The notes below the pieces were generated by a model, which had not been told where the DNA came from, did no database searches, and saw only the letters and a list, made by a program, of their open reading frames with translations. The translations under genes and the position numbers were made by a program. Positions 15,618-22,080 of a stretch of 32,000 bases of DNA are shown one piece after another. The stretch covers positions 403,848 through 435,847 of the forward strand of contig NZ_MPIY01000001.1 of assembly GCF_001953355.1 (NCBI RefSeq), given 5' to 3'. The first letter of the stretch is position 1. Each line of letters opens with the position of its first letter. This DNA comes from Polynucleobacter sphagniphilus. Lineage in GTDB: Bacteria; Pseudomonadota; Gammaproteobacteria; Burkholderiales; Burkholderiaceae.

Positions 15618-16826
15618 ATGAATAATTTATCCCTATTATTTTCCACTGCTACCACTGATGAAGAGCCCATCAAACTGCTTGATGGTGCCATCACCCTCTA
15701 TAAAAGACCCCATAGTCACCAATGGCAATGCCGTTTTAAGCTGTCTACGGGTGCTTGGCATTCCGCCAGTACTGGATCTGATCAAGTAGCTGAAGCCACC
15801 ACCCAAGCAATTGCCATATATGAAACCGTTAAGGTCAAGCTAGCCAGCGATCTAGCCATTAAGACACGAACCTTTCGCCAGCTAGCCGCGCAAGAACTAG
15901 CTGCTGCTGCGCGAGTGGTCCAAGCCAATCCTAATAAACGTACTCATGCGGACTATATTCATATCTATACCAAGTACCTGATCCCGTTCTTTGGTAATTA
16001 CCAGATTAATGACATTACCCAAGAAGTAGTTGATGACTATGCGGCTTGGCGCATATCTCAGATGGGTAAGGATCCCAAGTCTTATACGCAAAGGCGCCAT
16101 GCTGGCTTATATAAGCGGGTGATTGAACGGGCTAGGGCTCAGGGTTTAATTCACCAGCAACGAACTATTCCATTATTAGAAGTAGCCGGAGATAAACCTG
16201 AAGCCAGACCAGCCTTTAATCAACAAGAGGTCAGTTACTTATTGGAATACATGCGGGACTGGGAGCGTTTTGGGCGTAATCAACGCAGTAACCATATGCG
16301 TAGACTTTGCCGCGTGTATGTGGAGTTCTTGTTAGGCACAGGCATTAGGCAGGGCACCGAAAGCATGCCAATCCGCTGGAAATCGTTGCAATGGCACTGG
16401 ATAGGTGAGCAGCGGTATTTAAGAGTTTGGGTATCAGGTAAGACCGGCCCTAGGTATCTGATTGCCAAGCATTTTGTGGTTGAGGCCTTAGAGCGATTAA
16501 TTGCTTGGCAGGCTTTACCTTATCCGAACCTAGATTCTGTTATTGAAGCCAAGCTAGATCGCAGGGTATTCGTGTTTCCGGAGGGGGATGCTCCTCATAG
16601 TCTAGATAGTGTGTTTGAGAGGCTCATGGTTGAATCTGGTTTATTCAAAGATGCTACTGGCAAGAATAGAACCTTATATAGCCTGCGTCATACCTATGCC
16701 ACATTCGCACTAGCTGAAGGTGTTGATATACACACCCTAGCTAGGCAAATGGGCACTTCGACTTTAATGATTGAGCGTCATTACTCAAAACTTACTCCTA
16801 TGATGGCAGCTGAGAAGTTAGCTTAA
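15618..16826 (+). CDS. int: tyrosine-type site-specific integrase (P4-like size class)
   Basis: The C-terminal catalytic region has LLGTGIRQGTE (Arg), LRHTYATFAL (H-x-x-R) and LARQMGTSTLMIERHYSK (His/Tyr). The ATG at 15618 is preferred over the tracked GTG at 15594. Confidence 0.85.
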   Translation: MNNLSLLFSTATTDEEPIKLLDGAITLYKRPHSHQWQCRFKLSTGAWHSASTGSDQVAEATTQAIAIYETVKVKLASDLAIKTRTFRQLAAQELAAAARVVQANPNKRTHADYIHIYTKYLIPFFGNYQINDITQEVVDDYAAWRISQMGKDPKSYTQRRHAGLYKRVIERARAQGLIHQQRTIPLLEVAGDKPEARPAFNQQEVSYLLEYMRDWERFGRNQRSNHMRRLCRVYVEFLLGTGIRQGTESMPIRWKSLQWHWIGEQRYLRVWVSGKTGPRYLIAKHFVVEALERLIAWQALPYPNLDSVIEAKLDRRVFVFPEGDAPHSLDSVFERLMVESGLFKDATGKNRTLYSLRHTYATFALAEGVDIHTLARQMGTSTLMIERHYSKLTPMMAAEKLA

Positions 16827-16887
16827 AACTGTTCCAAATGGAACAAACTACAAAATAACGGCTACCCCTGCAGTGGTAGCGGTCGTC

Positions 16888-17931
16888 TTAAACAGTAATT
16901 ACGGTGCCTTGAGCTGGATTGACTGTACGCTCTGCCACTTTATAAGCGGCATTGGCCTCGGCGCCTAAGTCCCAAAGATCAGGTTTGAGATCAATGCCTT
17001 TGCTCTTTTGTTTGATCTGCTCGTAGCGTTGATCGCGACGAGCTTTAACAAACTCCGCAGCCTCCTTGTTGATCACAAACTTGATTGGCAAGCGAGCAGA
17101 GATCTCCGCCAACGCTTTTTCCATGGCACGCCAATCAGTGTCATCGGGTTTTTTGGTAAATAAGAGCTTGGCAAATACATAACCAGCGTTTTTACTATCA
17201 AAGCTTAAGGGTTCTTCAATCCTGTTGATGTCCTTTGTGCTTTTGACCAGCTCATCTAGCTTTGCGCCTGTTAGCTTATTTAATGCATACCCCTTTGTCA
17301 CACATTCCTCAAACGTATCTGCTGGAATTTGAGTAATCAAGTAGATATTGGTCCAACTTGCTGGCAGTTGATCCACATATTGAATAAAGCGTGGATATAC
17401 CCGACCAATTGCAGAAAACTTGCGAACAGTACTGCTGTAGTCCTTAAGTCCGACTTCTTCGCAAAAAGTTTTAAATTGAAACTTATCTAGCGATTGCTCT
17501 GCCTCATAAACCACACGGCACATCTCTAAAGTGCTACGAGCAGTTTTCTCAACACCAGCTTTAAACGCAGTTACATACTCTTTGCGCTCTTTTGGGATGA
17601 TTGCTGTTGTCTCTGCTGTGGCAGCCTCTACGCTGAGCTTACGCTCATATTGCACTAATCCAGTGTTTGCTTTGGATTTTTCCAACTTCACTTTATCCAA
17701 AATCGCTTGCACTCGCACCGCCTTTTCCTGCTCAGCTTGGGTAGGTTGCGGTGCTTGAGCAGGTTTTTCTTCACCCTCTACTTCAAATACCTCATCAAAG
17801 GTGGAAGTATCTTCTGTCAGCACATTCGCATTCATGCCACGAATATCGATAGAAGGTATTGCTACTTCAGTTGCCGCAGTACTTACTACATTATTAGCGG
17901 ATTGGTTATTCACTGCAATTGCGTTTTCCAT
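16888..17931 (-). CDS. hypothetical island protein with an acidic N-terminus and a helical C-terminal region reminiscent of phage/plasmid DUF3102-type proteins
   Basis: 347-aa ORF with a strong SD (AAGGAG) 8 nt upstream. The EAEQSLDKFQFKTFCEEVGLKDYSSTVRKFSAIGR pattern suggests the family, but the assignment is weak. Confidence 0.5.
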   Translation of the reverse strand: MENAIAVNNQSANNVVSTAATEVAIPSIDIRGMNANVLTEDTSTFDEVFEVEGEEKPAQAPQPTQAEQEKAVRVQAILDKVKLEKSKANTGLVQYERKLSVEAATAETTAIIPKERKEYVTAFKAGVEKTARSTLEMCRVVYEAEQSLDKFQFKTFCEEVGLKDYSSTVRKFSAIGRVYPRFIQYVDQLPASWTNIYLITQIPADTFEECVTKGYALNKLTGAKLDELVKSTKDINRIEEPLSFDSKNAGYVFAKLLFTKKPDDTDWRAMEKALAEISARLPIKFVINKEAAEFVKARRDQRYEQIKQKSKGIDLKPDLWDLGAEANAAYKVAERTVNPAQGTVITV

Positions 17932-18003
17932 TTTTAAAGCTCCTTAAAAATCAACTTAGCGGTAATGGCGAAAGTGCCTTGGTTTTGCTTTGTTGATGGA
18001 GTC

Positions 18004-18076
18004 AGTATATTTTTTTTCGTATTTTTCGCGCAAATTTGAGCGTTGTTTTATTTCCTTGACACAAAAATACGAAAAA
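18004..18076 (-). promoter_or_regulatory. candidate sigma70 promoter (TTGCGC-18 nt-TATACT, minus strand) overlapped by a 14-bp inverted repeat
   Basis: -10 at 18004-18009 and -35 at 18028-18033. The repeat is TTTTTCGTATTTTT (18013-18026) paired with AAAAATACGAAAAA (18063-18076). One half-site fills the promoter spacer. Confidence 0.35.
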
Positions 18077-18181
18077 TCTAAGCCATATAAATAAAGGCTT
18101 TGCAGGCGATTTTAATTTTTCAGAAAAATCACTACATTTTTGTAATTAAGAAAATATAGTGATTTAATTCTTAGCCATAGA

Positions 18182-18748
18182 TCAAATTAATTCCATCGCA
18201 TTGCGACACATTTCAGGGTTGGCATCAATATACTTTTGCGTTACTGCAATCGAACGATGACCTGCAATCTCAGCTAAGACTCTCACACCGATTCCTTTTT
18301 GTGCGAGTGAAGTGATCATCGAGCGTCTTCCCGAATGGCTGCTGGCACCACTGATACCAGCACCTTTGTAAAGTGAAAAGAACCAGACGCACAAGCCATT
18401 GGGCGTAAATTTGAGCTTATTGCCCGTATGGAAGAAGTGAATTGTTGGGTCTTTGATGTGTCTAGTGCGTAAATAAGCCTCTAGTTCAGCTTTGAGCTTG
18501 GTAGAGATAAAGACAGTACGGGGATGCCCGCCTTTGGTTTGCGCTGCCGATAGCTTTACTTCATTTTTGATGGTGCCATCCTCGTTAACTACATCACCCA
18601 TCTTTAGTGAGGCGATTTCGGCGACACGCATTCCAGTTAAAAAACTGGTGAGGATGATGGCGCGATTGCGCTCGGGGTATTTCTTGGTACTGGCAAACCG
18701 CAGTACTTGATCTAGTTCTGCTTGGGTTAGGGTTTTTGCTTGAGCCAT
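18182..18748 (-). CDS. short tyrosine recombinase, essentially catalytic domain only
   Basis: 188 aa with catalytic signature LTGMRVAEI (Arg), SHSGRRSMIT (H-x-x-R) and AGHRSIAVTQKYI (His, Tyr). Only about 25 aa precede the catalytic domain. Confidence 0.8.
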   Translation of the reverse strand: MAQAKTLTQAELDQVLRFASTKKYPERNRAIILTSFLTGMRVAEIASLKMGDVVNEDGTIKNEVKLSAAQTKGGHPRTVFISTKLKAELEAYLRTRHIKDPTIHFFHTGNKLKFTPNGLCVWFFSLYKGAGISGASSHSGRRSMITSLAQKGIGVRVLAEIAGHRSIAVTQKYIDANPEMCRNAMELI

Positions 18749-18955
18749 TTGTTATTACCTTTCATAAATAAAAAAGCTCATATAAGTGTGTTTTCTTATT
18801 GCAAATAAAGCGACCGAAAGCTTTTTAATAAAGATCTTCCAAGAATCAATGACTTAGCAATTAGGGTTAAGAAAAGTGTGATTTTCTTAACCTTGCTTTG
18901 CTTTAAATATTTATGTCTTTTGTCGTCTTTAGACGACGAATTTGGGCAGTAGCTC

Positions 18956-19038
18956 AAAAAAGCCCTACACGCTATTTGACTGGCGTCCAGCAGCTAGGCG
19001 CTGTGATACTCGAAGATCAGTGCTTGTAGGGCTTTTTT
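18956..19038. repeat. perfect 14-bp inverted repeat AAAAAAGCCCTACA / TGTAGGGCTTTTTT separated by 55 bp
   Basis: Read directly. It begins 17 nt downstream of the stop at 19055. The arms have the A-tract/GC/T-tract form of a bidirectional terminator, but the loop is far too long. Confidence 0.6.
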
Positions 19039-19054
19039 GAGGGGTTTTGCATAA

Positions 19055-19513
19055 TTACTGCTTGGTGTTTAAATCCACATTGGTAGCAACAAATACAGGC
19101 TTATTGGCACCTATAGCCTTGCAGTGATGGGCTTTTAAGTCCCATTCATCCTTTGTTCCATTTAGAACATCATCAATTTCAATATGGACTTCACCTGTTG
19201 ATTGCAAATAGATGCAATATCCATCAACCAGTTCTTTAGATTTGGTTAAAGGCTCGTAATGCACAATCCACGACATCACCAAGTCTGGTGTGTTGCCAAT
19301 ACCGCAGGCATCCAATTTCTTAAGTGTTCTGATTTGATCATCCGTTTTGGCAGTATGTTGAAATTGTTCATAGTCATAAAAGTCCACTAGATACTTTTGG
19401 TTTGGATTATGAAGCTCCACAGAGCCGTTATAGATGGCTCGTCTAAATAATCCCTTGCCAAATAGGGTGTTGTACTTCTCGTTGATAAAGCCTCTGATTG
19501 CGATTTCTCTCAT
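19055..19513 (-). CDS. hypothetical protein
   Basis: 152-aa ORF with non-repetitive composition. I recognise no family. Confidence 0.5.
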   Translation of the reverse strand: MREIAIRGFINEKYNTLFGKGLFRRAIYNGSVELHNPNQKYLVDFYDYEQFQHTAKTDDQIRTLKKLDACGIGNTPDLVMSWIVHYEPLTKSKELVDGYCIYLQSTGEVHIEIDDVLNGTKDEWDLKAHHCKAIGANKPVFVATNVDLNTKQ

Positions 19514-19534
19514 TTATTTTCTCCTTGAGTTCTC

Positions 19535-19740
19535 GTTGCTAGTTGCTTTGTTGGTTACAAGAGAGATCAGAAGAGATCAGTTGCAGTAAAAGTCGCAGAT
19601 CTCAAAAGAGGAGTTACGAAGTTGTGTTGCTTAGTCAGAGTTACTCATTTGCCACTACGAGTAACTTAATAGCAACTACTCAAACTCAACTTTGCAACTT
19701 CTTTTTCTTTATGCGACATCTACTTTGTAACCAAGCAACT
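19535..19740. repeat. array of AGTTGC(T/A) / (T/A)GCAACT sites in a divergent intergenic region
   Basis: GTTGC at 19535, 19542, 19580 and 19626; GCAAC at 19672, 19694 and 19735. The region also has a tandem AGAGATCAG x2 (19562-19580) and the inverted repeat AGTTACTC-N12-GAGTAACT (19639-19666). Confidence 0.5.
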
Positions 19741-19886
19741 CGCAAAAATATTTATGACTGCCACAGAAAAACCATATTTTTTCTATCCAAAATGAGCCGT
19801 TTTCCACTAATAGCCAAAAAGAGGTCGACCAAAATACTTGATTGAAAACAAACTGCTTGTGCCCATTAACAAACAAGGAGAAAGCA

Positions 19887-20327
19887 ATGAGCACATTAAG
19901 TACATTGAAGTTAGTAGCAGTTAAAAAACCAACCCATATGCCAGCGATTGTTGTGCGCCGTCATAAATTAGCAAAGAAGCTTTGGGAGCAGATCCAAATG
20001 GCCAAAAGCCAAATGGACGGAACCCCGTTTGTTGTTACCAAGTTCAAGACTATTAAAGACAAAGAAACAGGCCTGCGTAAGCAAGTAGAAATGCCCAAGA
20101 GATTAAAGCCTTGGTGGTTTCAATCAGAACAAGGCAAAGTCTGCGTTTCAGTCAAATACGGAAGTTGGACTATTGAGCTGGCAAAAGGCAAACCCAGTGT
20201 GGAAGTAGCAAGCGGAGCAGAACTTGTAAAAGCATTGGAGTCAATTAAGACGGCTGTTGAAGCTGGTGAGCTTGACGCTCAAATAGAAACTGCAAGTGCA
20301 AGCTTGAGGAGTGGATTTAAGCGATAG
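19887..20327 (+). CDS. hypothetical protein of a ~150-aa family I recall from proteobacterial islands and prophages
   Basis: ATG at 19887 is preceded by AAGGAG at 19875-19880. Motifs: VRRHKLAKKLWEQI, LRKQVEMPKRLKPWWF, AVEAGELDAQIE. Confidence 0.6.
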   Translation: MSTLSTLKLVAVKKPTHMPAIVVRRHKLAKKLWEQIQMAKSQMDGTPFVVTKFKTIKDKETGLRKQVEMPKRLKPWWFQSEQGKVCVSVKYGSWTIELAKGKPSVEVASGAELVKALESIKTAVEAGELDAQIETASASLRSGFKR

Positions 20328-20334
20328 CAACATA

Positions 20335-20362
20335 AGCGTCCAGCTACTAGACGCTGGACGCT
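20335..20362 (+). terminator. GC-rich stem-loop AGCGTCCAGC-N8-GCTGGACGCT 8 nt after the stop codon
   Basis: 10-bp perfect stem read directly. No clear T-tract follows. Confidence 0.4.
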
Positions 20363-20372
20363 AAATACTTGT

Positions 20373-20519
20373 ATGAAAAGATATAAGGCAACAGTCAATG
20401 CGGCGGGGATGTGGGTAGAAACCATTCTCTATGCACAGAATCAAGCCCAAGCATATGCACTCTTCAAGGCAATCTTCGGGAGCGGTAATGTTCCACATCA
20501 ACCTCTACAGATTGGTTAA
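20373..20519 (+). CDS. small ORF (48 aa), below the ORF-track cutoff
   Basis: Translates to MKRYKATVNAAGMWVETILYAQNQAQAYALFKAIFGSGNVPHQPLQIG. Balanced composition. The stop lies 2 nt before the next ATG. Confidence 0.4.
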   Translation: MKRYKATVNAAGMWVETILYAQNQAQAYALFKAIFGSGNVPHQPLQIG

Positions 20520-20521
20520 CT

Positions 20522-20683
20522 ATGAGATTCGATGAAATTGCTCCGCAAAAGCCACTAAGCCCAGAACAAGCTAGGCTTAAATCAATGAAGGATCGTGTAA
20601 AGCGTGATCAAACGGCTGTCAAGGCTGAGCGGGCTAGGCAAAAGATTAAGGCAGGGCAGAAAGCCCTAACTCAGTTAAGTTGA
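20522..20683 (+). CDS. small ORF (53 aa), basic and probably helical, below the ORF-track cutoff
   Basis: Translates to MRFDEIAPQKPLSPEQARLKSMKDRVKRDQTAVKAERARQKIKAGQKALTQLS. Tightly follows the previous small ORF. Confidence 0.4.
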   Translation: MRFDEIAPQKPLSPEQARLKSMKDRVKRDQTAVKAERARQKIKAGQKALTQLS

Positions 20684-20689
20684 GTTGGA

Positions 20690-21004
20690 TTAAATCCGTC
20701 GCGCAGTTCTAGCGGCATCCTTGTTTGTGTAGGTATAGCCACCCCAGTACTCTTCATCATCATACTCAGACACAACCAAGGCTATTGCAATTGCTTGAGT
20801 TGCTGCCTTGAGCCAATTGCAGTCTGCAAAGTTTTTAGCTGCTTCCAACTCTTTTGCTTCCCAAGGGGGAATCATCCCATATTCATAATTTAAATAATAT
20901 TCAGCCTCTGCAATCAGTAAGCGTGTGGCTTCCTGATTATTTTCATAACCTCGAGTAAGTTTGAGATCTAGTTTTTCGAGTTTCTCCAGGATGTCATTAA
21001 ACAT
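20690..21004 (-). CDS. hypothetical protein
   Basis: 104-aa acidic ORF. I recognise no family. Confidence 0.45.
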   Translation of the reverse strand: MFNDILEKLEKLDLKLTRGYENNQEATRLLIAEAEYYLNYEYGMIPPWEAKELEAAKNFADCNWLKAATQAIAIALVVSEYDDEEYWGGYTYTNKDAARTARRI

Positions 21005-21181
21005 GCTTACTTTCCTTATGAATTGTAGTGATAACGGTATTAATGCATTCTAGGCTACCTGTATTGAACTTTTTTAAGGGATATTGGATCAATAAAAATA
21101 TTTTCAGATTTTAGGTAAAAGAGCCTGCAAAGTAAGGATTTATTCCTTATAGTTAATAAATCAAATTTCAATGGGTGGACT

Positions 21182-21409
21182 ATGGAAAAGTATAAAAATC
21201 TGAGTTGTAACTCAAGTATTGATGCATTTGAGCTTGCGGATGGTTCGATCACCATATTATTTGATGATGGCTGGCTGTATCAGTATTCAAGCGTAAAGGC
21301 TGGTAGCGCAAATATTGCTCAAATGAAATTGTTGGCAAAAAACGGCCAGGGCCTCAATAGTTACATTATTAAAAACGTAAGAAAACTTTACGACAAAAAG
21401 TGGAGGTGA
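21182..21409 (+). CDS. KTSC-domain protein
   Basis: 75 aa. SSIDAFELADGSITILFDDGWLYQYSSV...GLNSYIIKNVRKLY fits the KTSC pattern (I..v.Y......L.i.F..G..Y.Y ... yf...Ik..Y). Confidence 0.55.
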   Translation: MEKYKNLSCNSSIDAFELADGSITILFDDGWLYQYSSVKAGSANIAQMKLLAKNGQGLNSYIIKNVRKLYDKKWR

Positions 21410-21465
21410 TTGAGAGTATCGCTAAACCATCTTGAACTCATAGATTACTTATAAAGGTCTCATAT

Positions 21466-21741
21466 ATGGCATTACCCCCAATTCTTGATGATCTGATTCG
21501 ATACTGTCAGGTTAAAGGCTTTCCAATGGAGAAAGTTACTGAATTTGTAGATCAGTGGGAATGTAGTGATGACCCAGGCTCTTTAGTGGCCATCCCCATC
21601 CCTTGCCCAGAGTGCTTTATGAATAATGTCAAAGATTCAAGAGGACTTTATCAACTAGGATTAGATCAGGCTGAGCAGCAATATATGAAGTGCCATACCT
21701 GTAAAGTTAAGATTCCAGTCACTGATGAGGATGATATTTAG
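21466..21741 (+). CDS. hypothetical small zinc-ribbon-like protein
   Basis: 91 aa with a CPEC...CHTC pair of CxxC motifs. Confidence 0.45.
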   Translation: MALPPILDDLIRYCQVKGFPMEKVTEFVDQWECSDDPGSLVAIPIPCPECFMNNVKDSRGLYQLGLDQAEQQYMKCHTCKVKIPVTDEDDI

Positions 21742-21753
21742 ATCTTCTCAACT

Positions 21754-21924
21754 GTCACTTAACAGGACACCATTTAGTGTCGGTTTAACCGACTCCACAC
21801 CTGCGGATGCCACACACCACACGGTCAGTTCCACATGATTCCACGGATCTCGGTGCGTATCGAACACCTGATCTTGTAAGGCTTATGTCATTGTTTCTGC
21901 TATTGATTTTGCTCATTTTTTAAG
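21754..21924 (+). repeat. island right arm Y1, near-identical to Y2 at 25281-25451
   Basis: About 170 bp alignable by eye with few mismatches. Contains the palindromic motif (21777-21794) and a run of CCAC(A/G) direct repeats. Confidence 0.85.
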
Positions 21925-21971
21925 CTTCTAAGGCGTAGGTCGCACGTTCGAATCGTGCTGGGCAGGCCAAA
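21925..21971 (+). repeat. direct repeat copy B: orphan 3' part of tRNA-Arg (GI-1 right end and GI-2 left end)
   Basis: 47/47 identical to 10541-10587. No tRNA 5' half precedes it. Confidence 0.9.
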
Positions 21972-22080
21972 TTCTCCTAATCAATAGTGTTTCAAGCCTT
22001 TTCATTGCGCCTAGTTGGTTTGATGATTGCTATGAACTTTAGAGAATACCCCCGTCGATGAATCCGACGCATTCTTAAGC

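Noticed and set aside
19543-19845. 100-aa plus-strand ORF in the divergent intergenic region
   Set aside because: It has no SD and odd composition, and it lies exactly over the repeat-rich control region. The downstream gene has a clear AAGGAG-ATG start at 19887.
21777-21794. The idea that the GTCGGTTTAACCGAC palindromes are integron attC sites, since GTTTAAC fits the RYYYAAC inverse core
   Set aside because: No IntI-type integrase is present. The sites are simple short palindromes rather than attC-length imperfect repeats. The enclosed 'cassettes' are multi-gene modules with their own promoters.
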